A stretch of 63,044 nt of DNA, filler included, from Reticulomyxa filosa (taxonomy: Eukaryota; Protista; Foraminifera), in NCBI GenBank assembly GCA_000512085.1. It is 24 parts of 24 records of this genome, joined end to end, with 100 filler letters (N's around TTAATTAATTAA, not from the genome) between each part and the next. Parts side by side here need not be neighbours in the genome. Positions count along the whole stretch, not along the records: positions 26,419 to 27,796 come from ASPP01008492.1; positions 27,897 to 34,817 come from ASPP01011407.1; positions 34,918 to 38,201 come from ASPP01007553.1; positions 38,302 to 41,531 come from ASPP01012511.1; 20 more parts are not named here. One strand, 5' to 3'. The notes under the pieces are model-generated. The model saw nothing but the letters and a program-made list of their open reading frames with translations, was not told where the DNA came from and made no database searches. Positions within the stretch are counted from its first letter, which is position 1, and each line of letters begins with the position of its first letter. A program made the position numbers and the translations under genes. Below, piece by piece: positions 26,533 to 38,911 of the stretch.

Positions 26533-27749
26533 GACCTGGACGTGGTATATTTGTGCGGAAACATGTAATCAAAACGGCAATTGACGAAGACGACGTTCCA
26601 AAATACAGTGTAGGAGACCGAGTGAAATTGAGTCGTGGACGTCATGGACACATAAAATACATTGAAGATACGGACGAAGGAGAAATATATGGCATCGAGG
26701 TCGACGTGTGGACCGGGGAATCAATAAACGCCGAGGTAGGACGAACAAGGCGTTTCAGTGTAAAGCACGGACATAGCATAACTCGCTCACGCTTCAGCAT
26801 TGCAGCCAATTTGCTGCCCGAGTTCGACCAAGACAACAACGCAGCCCGAACGAGTCTCAAAATGGATAGAATTGAAGAAAACGACGATAAGCCTCTTGAA
26901 TTGGGTGAAACTGTGGAATTGACCAATGGCATGGTGGCCACAATCCGTTTCATCGGTATCACACCTTTCTCAACAGACGAGCAGATAGGTGTGGAGTTAC
27001 ACGATGGATGGGGTAAACACGATGGCGCGTACAAAGGAGTACGCTATTTTACATGTCCACCAAAGCGAGGATTATTTGTGAAAGAAGTAAAGCGTCGCCG
27101 TAACGATGATCCGAGTCGCCAGTATTTGAAACGACGATGTCCAGAATGTGAAGGCGAGTTTTTGAAGTTACGAAACCCTCCTGGAGCTTACAAAGGCGCC
27201 GGTATGGTGTGTGACCACTGCTATCGTCATGGGAGCAAATTCACCAAAGAAGATTGGTTTTTCCAATGTTCGAAATGTGAGCAAGTCGATTTGTGTTTGG
27301 ATTGCATGTTAAAATTACACTCTGTCGATGATAATCGCGAAGAGGATATCCCCGATCTTCGAGCTCGGTATCGTCAGGTGAACGGGCAATGGATCTTTGA
27401 AGAAATCGACATTGACGATGCAATATCCGAACTGTCTCAAAAAGATCAGGACGCTGATCATGACATGAAGACAAAGGCAAATACCAATGAAAAAACAAAC
27501 TCCAATTTTAATTCACAGCTCAAGGACGTGTTTGATTTCTTTGACCAAGACGAGGATGGAATATTGAAGCATGCCGACATTGAAGAAATGTGGTCCGTGT
27601 CAAAGCGCCAATTCGACAGAGAACTGTTCATCCCCCCAGTCACCTTTGAGCAATTCCAAGAGATCTGGGACGAATTTTCATCCGATGCTACAAAGGCATT
27701 ATTGAGCCATGTGGAGGATCATAAAGATAGCCAAGTTACTTTGTATTGA
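26533..27749 (+). CDS. Last exon of a protein with 2 CAP-Gly domains, a Cys-rich (ZZ-like) zinc finger and an EF-hand
   Basis: VGDRVKLSRGRHGHIKYI..YGIEVD; IRFIG..IGVELHDGWGKHDGAYKGVRYFTCPPKRGLFV (CAP-Gly GKxDG); CxxC..CDHC..CSKC..DLCLDC; FDQDEDGILKHADI (EF loop). The ORF start lies in an intron. Confidence 0.85.
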
Positions 27750-28030
27750 TAGAAAGTCCTTCAAATTGTAATGGTTAAAACTCTTTTTTTTTTTTTNNNN
27801 NNNNNNNNNNNNNNNNNNNNNNNNNNNNNNNNNNNNNNNNTTAATTAATTAANNNNNNNNNNNNNNNNNNNNNNNNNNNNNNNNNNNNNNNNNNNNATAT
27901 ATATATATATATATATATATACATACATGTATATGTATATATTGTATTTATGTATGTATGTATTTACCAAAAGTGATCCGTCGACATAATATACTATTGA
28001 TGCACTCCGTTTATTTGTCGTCTTCATTTC

Positions 28031-29922
28031 TTATTTTGTATGTATTTGTTTGATCAAATTAACACTGGGAGGAAAAAAAAAAAAAATGAATGTGTTGGCA
28101 AAGAAACTTTGGCGTGTATCATAGTGAGGACTTTCAGTGCTCCACGCATTGAGAGTGGAGTGTGACCTGCTATTGAGAGTGGCCAGAAGATGCATTCGAT
28201 TGAACTGTTGTTTTTGCTGCTGTTGTTGTTGTTGTTGTTGTTGTTGTCCGTCGTATATGTATTCGGAAATGATCGGCAACGAATAGTCGGATGTACCCAC
28301 TTGATCATGCGTTTCATCGAGAGCTGCCTTAGCAGATGTGGTCGTAACTGCAGCACTAGCTGTAGTTGTGGTGGTGTTGTCACTCCAATGTGCAGTGGCT
28401 TTATCCTTGGAACTTGGAGTCCCAGTGGAATTACGCTCCGACACGTTCGTATTTGTGTTTATGTTTGTGTTGTCGTCAATGTATTGAAAGGGTTCGTCCG
28501 AGTTTTGTGGCTCCAGTTCCGAGAATGTAAATTTCTTGTGCTCGAAAATATTGTGTCCAATCGAGTCTGTGGACGACCTCACACAGTGCGACGTGGACCC
28601 ACTCGGAGTGGATTTGTCGTCCAACACTGGCAATGGCAGTCCATTCCCTTGGCAGGCAAACACCACCTGATTATCTCCAAGCCCCATGCTTACTATCGAA
28701 TGGATTGACTTTACACTATCATCGCTGTGTCTACGATGCCTTTTTTAATAATAATAATAATAAAAATCCTCCTTTTTTTTTTCCCCTCTCCCTCTCTCTA
28801 ATTAAAGTCAAAAACAAGAGAAACGTAGGGGAAAAAAAAAAGGAAAAGAATAAAATATAGTAAAAAGATCTAACCAAAATGATAGCTTACCGTTTGAACA
28901 AATCTTGTTTGATCGAGTGTTGGACATCACTGTTACTGGCTCCGTCTTTGGTTTCGTCTTCGAGATGCTCGTCGAAGTGTTTGTCATAGGATTCGAAGGA
29001 CCGACTGCTGTGGCCGTGTCTATGTAGTTTTGGTTTGGAGACAACTATCCGATTTTCTCTCTCCAAGGTGTAATTGTAGTCAAATTGTAAGGAGTGTCTT
29101 CTGTCTTTACGTTTGACATGTCCAAGTCTAGGTCGACTATGACTCCTTGTGTCAACAGAGAGACGTGTCCTTGCACATGCTCCGTCATCTAACGCTTTGG
29201 TTACATCTTTCGTTCCCTCATTCCTCATTTTTTTTCCTTCGTCTTTTTTTACTTCTGCATTTGAATACGCATCTTCATTTTGCTTTTTTTTATTATTATT
29301 ATTGTTGTTGATGTTATGATTGTGACGAAACATCAATTTTTTAAAAACTCAAAAAAAAAAAAAAAATGATAATTTGTTTTTATATTGATTGCTCCATGCA
29401 GTTGTTTAGAAAAATCTTATTTGTTTAAACCTTTCAAGCTTTTTTTCCAATAAGTTGTTTGGGCAAACTTACAAGACATAATGTCTTAACTTTGTAAGAG
29501 TTATCGCCGGGTTGGATAAGCAAGTCAATGGCAATGTCGTGAATAGTGGTGTGTTGCGGCTTGGTCATACCTTTAGTGCATCCTCTTCTCACCAGTTTAT
29601 ATAGTGAAAAAAACGTGTTAGTGTTTTTCATTTCTGTACCCTCGAATATAAGTGTCTGCTGATTTGGAGGTACTGGGTATTTGTTTTCATCGTACAGGCT
29701 TTGTTTTAAGTGGTACACACTCCACTCTTGCGGGACGTCCAACTCCAAACGAAATTCATTTGGCCCTTTGAGACACACGTGTACCGTTGTGGGCATATCA
29801 TCGGGTATATAATTGTTTTCAATCGCAAGATTTGTCTCTTCTTTTTTCATTGATGACATGAAAGCTGATAGAATGATCAGTCTCACCAAGGCCAAAAACA
29901 CAAACCCTCCGGTAGCACTCAT
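28031..29922 (-). CDS. Protein with an N-terminal ubiquitin-like domain and low-complexity S/T/Q-rich exons (multi-exon, exon joins uncertain)
   Basis: LELDVPQEWSVYHLKQSL..YPVPPNQQTLIFEGTEMKN is a UBL pattern. Downstream same-strand ORFs 28887-29336, 28808-29044 and 28031-28687 (polyQ) are separated by AT-rich introns. Confidence 0.6.
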
Positions 29923-30272
29923 GTTTTCACAAACCTTTTTTTGTTTATTCGGAATTTTCCAATTCGTGGCCTTCAGTTAACCTTTATTTTATCATAAAGA
30001 AAAAAAAATATTACTATTTACTTATTGCCAACGATTAAATTTTTCTCGGGATTTTGTAATCAGCAAAAAAAAAAGATTTAAACTAGAACTATATGACAGC
30101 AAGCCCTCTAACACTTTTTTTTTACGAAATATTGGTAGTAACTCGTTGACTTTTTTTTCCAAGTAAAAAAAGAGTTGTAAAAAAACCTTCGGGGGAGCAC
30201 TATTGTTTGCTCAAGAAGTTCAGATCAATAATAAATTGTTTTCAATATCAGAAAAATTAAAAAAGGGAAATA

Positions 30273-30797
30273 ATGGCAACCAGAAAGCGAAAAGCGCGTC
30301 ACTTTTCAAAATCAGATGATGATGCGGCACCAACCCCTTCAACAGCCAACTTGAAACCAAAGCCAAGTTCAATGGCAAGGGTTTTGTCAGGAGTGTCTCA
30401 AATCCCTTGGGTAATGTCATCCATTGTATCAGGGACAAAGCAAGCACTGCGAGATCCCGAGTACTTGATGCAAAAAAGTCGTGATCTGATAAAATACGTG
30501 GATCTGGGTGGTGAAGAAATTTACTACATGTTTGTCGGGGGATTGACTTTTATTTTTCTGTCGCACATATTCAGCTCATTGATAACCTATGTGTTTGGCG
30601 CAGATTTTTTCCTTTTTGTTTTCATTGACACATTGGTCGTATCTTTGGCCAGACTCACTTTGTTTATCATCTTCCTTTGGTTTGCTATTGCCTTTGTAGC
30701 TTTTCTTTGGGTTTTGTTCTTTCAAGATAATGCCTACGCACAAACTTTGCGAGACGGAGCCTCTGCATCCAACTCTGATAAATCAAAACAACAATAA
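30273..30797 (+). CDS. Hypothetical membrane protein (basic N-terminus, long hydrophobic C-terminal region)
   Basis: Complete single-exon ORF with ATG and stop; about 70-aa hydrophobic stretch IYYMFVGG...LWVLFF; divergent from the UBL gene. Confidence 0.7.
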   Translation: MATRKRKARHFSKSDDDAAPTPSTANLKPKPSSMARVLSGVSQIPWVMSSIVSGTKQALRDPEYLMQKSRDLIKYVDLGGEEIYYMFVGGLTFIFLSHIFSSLITYVFGADFFLFVFIDTLVVSLARLTLFIIFLWFAIAFVAFLWVLFFQDNAYAQTLRDGASASNSDKSKQQ

Positions 30798-31296
30798 TTC
30801 TTCAATCTCTCTTTTCTTTTTTTTTTTCAATATGTTGTCATTTTATTATTATCATTAATTTTTTTTTTTTTTAGTTATCTTTTGTAACCCACCAAAAAAG
30901 ACCTTCCGTGTCCCCTTTTTATTTTTATTTTTTATGCTCCTTGTTTGTTTTTTGTTGGTATTAGTATTCAAATTGTATTTTGATCAACCATAGGTACAAC
31001 AAAAAAACTTTCTATCTCTCCATGTTGTTTGAACAATAAAAGAGTCTCGTTGATTAAGTAGCACTTGAATATGGCAATTCATCAAGACAAAAAAAAAAAG
31101 GAGGGATTTCTTCCAATACAAAATATCTTATTTCCTTTTGTGCCATCAGATTTTTAAAACATAATAAAATATATTCTGGACACACAATAACAACGAAACA
31201 GGAGAGGTTTTTTTAAAAGGCTTTTTTTTCTCGGCTGCCCATATTTTAATAAAGAGATCAATAAGACAATTTTAGGAACAAAAACATACAGTTGGA

Positions 31297-33143
31297 ATGA
31301 TGAATTGGGCCTTACAGCAAAAATGGTTATCCAATCTTCTTAAGTTTTCAAAGCAAGATCCAATCGATTTTAAGAATCGAAAGTCAGGAAAGCCATTGAG
31401 TGTCTTTGAGACGACCAAGTCGAAAAAATATGATCAACTTCAATTTATTGCTTATTTTCGACCAAGTTTTTTTGTGTTTGGAAGTATTTAATCACACAAA
31501 AAAACAAAATAAACGTAACAAATAAAACACTCGGTAAAAGAAGATTCAGTGGAACAGAAAGAAAGCAAGAACGAGGTACCAGACAAAGAAGAAGAAGAAG
31601 AAGAAGAAGAAGAAAAGAGACACGAAATGGCAGACATTGAAAATGGGAATAGCACAATGAATAGTTTAGATTTCAAAAGACATTGGAATCCGAGTTGGCG
31701 ACGATCGAATGTGAAAGCAGCGAAAATGGTTGAAAAGCTGATGAAAGATGGCGAGCAAGGACTAATAGTTGTGTTAAAGGACACTTGTAAGTTGAAAAGC
31801 ACAACCAATGGAAACAAAAACTCCTTTCTTACATTAATAAACAGTGACAAGGTTATAAAACAACGAGTTGAAGAATATAGCGTGTACTTGCTAAAAAGTA
31901 AACTGGTGATATTAGATGCCAATGTGTATATTGATGGCAATGTGTATGCAATTAACTGTGAAATGCAATGTCAAAAAAACGTCAAGATTTCAACGCAGCT
32001 CTTTGTGACAAGTAAAACGATTGTTGATCAAAAGCTGCAACTGTCAATTGCACCGATTCAATGGAATACTATGGTTTATCATGACATCCCAATTCAATTG
32101 CAATATTTGCAGGACAAAGCAAAGAATGCTTCACAAAAGAGACAATTCGATGATGCCATTTGCCACTTACAAAAGGCATTGCAGATTTCCATTGATCATT
32201 TTGGGAGTACACATCCTTATGTGTCGGACATTTATCTGCATTTTGGCTTTATCTATCATAAAAAAGGAGATTTTGATAAGGCAATTGAATATAGCAATCT
32301 GGCATTACAGATCCAATTGGCTGTATTTGAAGGCAATCACGCTGATATTGGCTTATCATATAACAATTTGGGAGTCAGCTATTTAAAAAAGAAATGGTAT
32401 AATGAGTCATTCGAGTGCAGTAAAAAGGCTTTGCAAGTCAGACTGAACGTGTTTGGCACTAAAAACACCGATGTTGCAATGTCTTACAATAATCTCGGAG
32501 GCATTTGCTACAAAAAACAAGAGTATGACAGGGCACTCTCATACTATGAAAAGGCATTAAAAATTAGACTGGACATCTTTGGAAGGAATCACAATGAGGT
32601 TGCGCTGTCCTACAGCAATTTAGGACGCTTCTATTATCAAAGGGAACAATATGCTAAAGCAATACGATGCTGTGAAAAGAGCTTGAAAATAAGGCTAAGT
32701 CTTTTCGGTACCAAAAATGCTGATGTCGCTCTGTCCTATAAAAATCTAGGAAGCAGTTACGAAAAAAAAAACAGTATGATAAAGCGATTGAATGCCATGA
32801 ACATGCATTGAAAATTAGATTGGACATTTTTGGAATTATTCACACTGAGGTCGCCAATTCTTATAATCATCTAGGAGGCATCTATTATCAAAAGCAACAA
32901 TATGATAAAGCAAAGGGATGCTATGAAAAAGTGGTGGAAATTAGGAGGCACTTATTTGGAAATAAAAGCCAATTGGTCGGATATGCCATTTGGGGTTTGG
33001 CAAAAATGCTTGAACTGACTGGAGATATACAAACTGCTTGTCAATATTACGAAGAAACATGGAAGATATACAGCGTAGTCTTAGGCCAATTCAACCGAGA
33101 GACATTGGCAGTAAAGACAAAGGTGAAAATGTTGACTAGATGA
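31297..33143 (+). CDS. TPR-repeat protein (42-aa kinesin-light-chain-type repeats) with an uncharacterised N-terminal domain; frameshift at the A-run 32762-32771
   Basis: Repeats of H.DVA.SYNNLG..Y..K..YD.A..Y..KAL.IR. ORFs 31549-32811 and 32808-33143 join if one A is removed (..KK/QYDKAIECHEHALKIR). The start exon at 31297 is tentative. Confidence 0.85.
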
Positions 33144-33773
33144 ACGGTTTTTTTTTGTTGTTGTTCTTGTTGTAATGTCCAAAAAGTTTTTTTTTCATAC
33201 AAAAGATTGTTAAAAAAAAAAAGAACCAATTATGGTCCAATTTTTGTTGGATCTTTGTTTTGTTAAGGAAGTTTCTTTATATAGTAAAGTTTTTAGTCCT
33301 GGTCTTTTTATCGGAAATGTAGCAACTATACGTGTTTGTTTTATATCCACATTGCAAAATGCTAAAACAAAAAATCCTTGAATTGATCTCATACAACAAA
33401 AATTCGACATCTACTGTTTGAGTGTGCTGAAGAAAAATTTTACAAAATTGAACACTTTACAAATCCAGGAGAATTGTGAAGTTCAAATAAAAGGAAGTTA
33501 TGAGGGATGAAAGAATAAAGGGGGGGTGACACTCAGACTTTATTGATAAGAGAAAACAGCCAGTTCAATGTAAGTGGTACTTTTTTTGAAAAAGATGATT
33601 AATATGTCTGTATGCATCCGAATGGTACACATTACATAACATAACGTTTTATTATTTTTTTTTAAAGAAATTGTGAAGTTTGGAACGAGTGACTTGGAAT
33701 GTGTAAGTTTATTTATTTATTTATTTTTTTTTGGAAGCCAGTATAGTCGTAGGTATAGTTTCTAAAAGTTTAA

Positions 33774-34805
33774 TTATTTTTGCTTGTTAGCTTTGATCAT
33801 TTTGGTGAGCTGTGGTACAGCTTGAAACAAGTCAGCGACGAGTCCGTAATCAGCAACGGCGAAAATGGGTGCTTCTTTGTCTTTGTTAATGGCAATAACA
33901 GTTTTGCTATCTTTCATACCGGCGATATGTTGAATGGCGCCCGAGATGCCCACAGCGATGTACAAATTGGGAGCGACGACTTTGCCCGTCTGTCCAATTT
34001 GCAGGTCATTGGGTACAAAGCCAGAGTCAACAGCCGCGCGCGACGCGCCGACGGCGCAGTCTCCAATGGTATCAGCTAATTCGTAAAGAATTTTGAAGTT
34101 TTCACTCGCCTGCATTCCCCTTCCCCCGGACACAATGACTCCCGCTTTGGTGAGCGAAGGCCCTCGTTGGGCAGATACCTCATCGCTGACATGCGTGCTC
34201 GTGCGTAATGTCCCATCCGTCGCCGTCGTGGGTTTCAGGTCCACCACCTCGCATGCCTGGCCCGCGTTCGTCTTCAACTCGCCGCCAAATGCAGTGGGAC
34301 GACATGTCAACAGCGTCGTCGAGCCCGTCGAGCGCACGCGACAAAGCGCATTGCCCGCATACATTGCGCGCTCAAACGTGTTCGCGTCGTATACTTTGAT
34401 TATATCTGATATCTGCGGACACTCCAATAGTCCCGCCACTCGTGGAATCACGTCTTTGGCAAAGGACGATATCCCTGCTATTATGTGCGTGTATTTATTG
34501 GCTTTGTGACAGTCCACTACCAATTCGGATAACGTCTCCGGCAACTGGTGTGCGTATTTCGCATTGCTTGCTACCCACACTTTGCTCACGCCTGATATCC
34601 CGCTTATCTCTTTCGCCACGCTTCCGCACTCGTTGCCGGCCACCACCACGTGCACCTTGTTTTCGGGGATTTGAAAGGCTGCTGCTAACGCTGACCGTGT
34701 GTTGTCGGACAGTTTCGTATTGTTATGTTCGGCTATCACTAACGTCGAAGCATTACGGCTCCACGATCTACATACCAAACCACTGCGCAACGCACGGCTA
34801 AACAT
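33774..34805 (-). CDS. ETFA: Electron transfer flavoprotein subunit alpha, mitochondrial; intronless
   Basis: [80 protein letters not shown]; Arg/Ser-rich presequence. Confidence 0.97.
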   Translation of the reverse strand: MFSRALRSGLVCRSWSRNASTLVIAEHNNTKLSDNTRSALAAAFQIPENKVHVVVAGNECGSVAKEISGISGVSKVWVASNAKYAHQLPETLSELVVDCHKANKYTHIIAGISSFAKDVIPRVAGLLECPQISDIIKVYDANTFERAMYAGNALCRVRSTGSTTLLTCRPTAFGGELKTNAGQACEVVDLKPTTATDGTLRTSTHVSDEVSAQRGPSLTKAGVIVSGGRGMQASENFKILYELADTIGDCAVGASRAAVDSGFVPNDLQIGQTGKVVAPNLYIAVGISGAIQHIAGMKDSKTVIAINKDKEAPIFAVADYGLVADLFQAVPQLTKMIKANKQK

Positions 34806-35025
34806 TGGATTTTATATNNNNNNNNNNNNNNNNNNNNNNNNNNNNNNNNNNNNNNNNNNNNTTAATTAATTAANNNNNNNNNNNNNNNNNNNNNNNNNNN
34901 NNNNNNNNNNNNNNNNNTTTTTTTTTTTTTTTTTTTTTTTTTTTGCAAGTTGCAAATATTAAATAAACACAAAAATGATAACATTCGCTTTGGATTGTTT
35001 TTGAATGGCTGAAAAAACTATATAG

Positions 35026-36523
35026 ACGCTAATAAATGAACTGAGTCAACATAAGCAACATTTCATGGAGGAAAATCGCCATTTGAAAGAAACGATTGAA
35101 CAGTTTAAACATCACATGGCCAATTCAGTGAATATGGCAATGCCAACAATACACAATAGCATCTCTCATAACAATGAGTCAGAAATCAAATCCGCAACAA
35201 AACGCCGTGGACGACCCAAAAAATCCCCTCAAACAACTACAAAATCGAATCAACGAAAACTTAAAAAAAAAAAACGTCCAAAGAAGGACCCGAAGGCGAT
35301 GATGCTGAGGAGAGTACCGATGATAATTTCCATCTTGGTGATGGCTCTGCCAACAGCCAAGTTGACAACAAGGAAGTAACTGTCACTGAAAAAACAAACG
35401 AATCATTAGTTCCTGAAGTCTCATCAGAGGTATGAATGAAATATGTTTGCAATTTTTTTTTTTTTTTAAGAAAAAAAAAATTATATAAAATTAAAAACAA
35501 CATTATATTTATTATTTTGAACTCTAAAGGCTCGCGGAAATAGTAGTCTATTGTACGGTGTGACTAATCCCAACTTAATAAATTCCCAACCTTTTGCCAA
35601 CGCTCTGTTTGCACAGCCAAAGGCAATGAGTGGAAACAGCAATTCAAATATGGCATTGACCGATTTGCGAAGAGTTAACAGCTCTGGGACACCCAATAAT
35701 ACCAATGGGGTAAATTTTCCGCGTATGGAACAAAGAATGGTGTCACAATCAGGGCCAACATACTCACCGAGCGCTGGCAGTAATTTAATCAAATTAAACA
35801 CTGGACAAACCATCACTTGTGCCCAATATTGCCAACTTTTGCAAGGACAGCAAATTAAGCCAGACGCTGCTGCCAACACTAGTGTAAACACAAGCAGCAA
35901 TAATGGAAGTACGAATGGTATGGTGTTAAACGGGGGTTTGGACAACCATGCCTACTTGATGCCTTGGTCAAGGATTCCTTCACATGGAAATACTGGTGGG
36001 AATAGTGATACCAATGGAAGTGAACCAAACAATAATGGTCCTACTGCTGTTAGCAATACGACTACAAATAGCACTGGAAGCAATAATTCAAATGCTTCCC
36101 AATCCTTGATCTTTCCTCATTTTATGCCCCAACAAGTCGTTATTCAGTTGCAACAGGTACTATTTTTTATTAGCTTATATATGTACATATACATATATGT
36201 TGCATCTGTTAGCTTGTTGTCGCATTTTGTTTGTTTAGAAAAAGGCTCAGGCCCAACAAGCGCATTCGTCAAGTGTTGGGGCTTCAACCACTAGCACGCC
36301 TTCTCAAACTAGTACTGGACAGCAACAACAAGCAAATGGGCAACCACACACAAACGGGACGTCCCATACTACAGCAACACCTATTTACTTGCCACATAAC
36401 TACCATCAGTTGCTTTTACAACAACAATATCCCAACGCACAACTCGTGTTGCCTGCTGGAAATCAACCATATAATCCTCAGCAAGGGCAACAAGTAGCAT
36501 TTATGCAATTTCAACAATCTTAG
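35026..36523 (+). CDS. Low-complexity N/Q/S-rich protein with a coiled coil and an AT-hook (possible transcription regulator); partial, spliced
   Basis: Coiled coil MEENRHLKETIEQF, then KRRGRPKK (AT-hook), then N/S/Q-rich exons. Introns near 35430-35528 and 36157-36238. Probable homopolymer frameshift near 35263-35275. Confidence 0.5.
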
Positions 36524-37063
36524 ATCAACAGACAAATGAAAACCAGTGTGACCGTCGCATTTGATTGTGTTTTGTTGTGCAAGGTATTGTTCTTTTTAAA
36601 ATTGGGACGAAGTGGCAAAGTCTTCAATCACCTCTAAAACTAATTAATTGAATCAATTCCTTGCATCGAAAAAATTACTTAAAAAAAAAAACACCTTTTG
36701 GCCGAGAAAGCTTGATCATTTGTGTCAAAACAGTGTTTTTTACGCCTATGATTAACAAATGACTCAAAGCTTAAAATATTTGCCATCATGAGATAAAAAG
36801 TTTGTTTGCAACAAGAATGAATCAATTGAAGGAGTCAACAAGATATTTCAACATTGATATGTTAAAGCGTGAACTTTTGTTGATATAGAAAAATTTTACA
36901 AAGGAAATCGACCACAGCTAAAAAAATAAAAAAAGCACGTCCAAACTAAACCAGCAGATCAAAACTGAAGTTTTAGCTGGGCTTTTTTTGTTTGGTCACT
37001 TTTATATTATGCTTTCTCTTGTGTTTGTTTATTGTACACATTTTGAGTGTCCGATGGGAATTG

Positions 37064-38140
37064 TTATGTCTCTTTGTCACTTTCTTTTATGATTTGTTGA
37101 TTGGATAATTCTGCCATTTCATTGCCTCTTTCTTTATCATTATTCACAAATTTTTCATTTCTGTCATCAGAAGTAGGGGTATCATTACCACCATTAATCT
37201 TTCCCTTGTCAGCAGTAGGTTTTTTTGATAAACTGTTATTTACTAGATCGATCAATTTTTTTTCATCGTTGGTGATATTTTTTCTCTCCAGCCCACTTTC
37301 TTGTTTTTGTTCAGGGATATCAGTGAGATAAGTTGTAGAATTATCTTTGACTGGTGGCATATATCTAATTGAGTCAGAGGAGTAATCGTTTATTTCAACA
37401 TGATTTTTGTCCTGTTTGGCTCCTTTCTTACTTTTTGTTTTCCCAGTTGTAGTGCCCGACGATAGTGCACCATCCCATTTTTGTGTTCTTTCTAAGGAGT
37501 ACGAATCAATTTCGATCGGATCTTCCTCAGGTTCCTCGTCATTGCCAGCGTTTTCATCATTGTGTGTTTGTGGCTGTGACTGCTGTGTTTCTTCATCATC
37601 GGACACGTCTTCGTCATCTTTCAACTCTTTATCTTGCTCATGTAATCTTTCTCGTTCTTCCAGTAAGAATTGGTTACTGTCTTTATTTTTGGCGTTAATC
37701 TTGGTCAGTTTTTCGTACTTTTTTAGTCTCTTTTTTTTGCCGGACAGTCGTTCCATTTCCATTCGATCAACATAGGCGTCGGTGATGCTTGAAGGCAACT
37801 TGACACCTGCGCCAGTGTCCATAGTAGTGACAACAGACATTTTTTTGGTACCACCTTGGGCGTTGTTCTGTGAGGACGACGAAGAGGATTTGTGTTTTTT
37901 GATAGGGACAATTTCGACATCACCCAGCTGGTGATCCGTTACTGTCAAAGTAGGTGCATTACTGTTTGAAGGTTGTTCATTCCATTGCAGTAGCCGTTGA
38001 TATTTCTCATGTCGGCGTTTGCGATAGCGAACAAATACGTACAAACAAACTACGCACATAAATGTCGGGATGATCATTGCCAGTAGTAAATAGATGAACA
38101 TATTGCTAGCTGTTTCCATGTATTTGTGAAAAAGGTGTGC
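37064..38140 (-). CDS. Single-pass membrane protein, C-terminal exon (TM helix + acidic/basic disordered tail)
   Basis: MFIYLLLAMIIPTFMCVVCLYVFV followed by the stop-transfer RYRKRR; 351-aa ORF; upstream exons lost at the contig end. Confidence 0.7.
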   Translation of the reverse strand, partial: AHLFHKYMETASNMFIYLLLAMIIPTFMCVVCLYVFVRYRKRRHEKYQRLLQWNEQPSNSNAPTLTVTDHQLGDVEIVPIKKHKSSSSSSQNNAQGGTKKMSVVTTMDTGAGVKLPSSITDAYVDRMEMERLSGKKKRLKKYEKLTKINAKNKDSNQFLLEERERLHEQDKELKDDEDVSDDEETQQSQPQTHNDENAGNDEEPEEDPIEIDSYSLERTQKWDGALSSGTTTGKTKSKKGAKQDKNHVEINDYSSDSIRYMPPVKDNSTTYLTDIPEQKQESGLERKNITNDEKKLIDLVNNSLSKKPTADKGKINGGNDTPTSDDRNEKFVNNDKERGNEMAELSNQQIIKESDKET

Positions 38141-38301
38141 ACCAAGAGTTGAACAAATATATAAATGAATATATGAATATATATATATATATATATATAT
38201 ANNNNNNNNNNNNNNNNNNNNNNNNNNNNNNNNNNNNNNNNNNNNTTAATTAATTAANNNNNNNNNNNNNNNNNNNNNNNNNNNNNNNNNNNNNNNNNNN
38301 N

Positions 38302-38336
<35 letters not shown>

Positions 38337-38337
<1 letters not shown>

Positions 38338-38911
38338 TAATAAAAATTCGGGGGTCGTTTATGCAATGGTGGTAGTAGATTACATAGCAGCAGTAATTTT
38401 GTTGATATATTTGTTTGTAAAGCGACTGTTTATTTTGGCGACGACTCAAGCAGCGTCGATTTTTGGGAGCAATGATCCAAATAACAAATTGAGCATAGAC
38501 CTGCAGCTGAGTGCGTCGCAACAAAAACTTGTAAATTTAATGACCAAATATTGCATGCTGTCATTGATGGCCTTGGTGTCCTCATGCATTAGTGGTGCAT
38601 TCAATTTGGTACGTGTCGTTCTACGTGGACGTGATCATAATAATGACTTTTACATTGGCTGGTTTTCCATTTTTATTGTGAATGTCGATGTCTGTGTCAA
38701 TGTGTTTTGTCTGTGCTTGCAATTCAAATTTTCTAACCATTGGTATGAGTGGTGTTGCCAACACGTCAAATTGGAAAACTCTATGAAAATTTATCTGTCC
38801 ACCAAACTTGCTAGCAAGCGAGCTAGTCGTACACCACCCGCCTTTAGCCCTGGTGTCGTCAAAGTCAAGTCAACTTCTGCCAGTCCTTTTGGCAGTAGTG
38901 CTGACGAATAA
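38337..38911 (+). CDS. C-terminal helices of a 7TM GPCR-like membrane protein
   Basis: Three hydrophobic helices, with LFVKRL and LMTKYCMLSLMALVSS motifs, then DVCVNVFCLCLQFKF..WY..CC and a short S/T-rich tail. Confidence 0.55.

Noticed and set aside
33780-34801. Plus-strand ORFs overlapping ETFA, and similar antisense ORFs over the ankyrin, CAP-Gly, sulfatase and HEAT genes
   Set aside because: These are shadow ORFs opposite well-supported genes, with no recognisable motifs.
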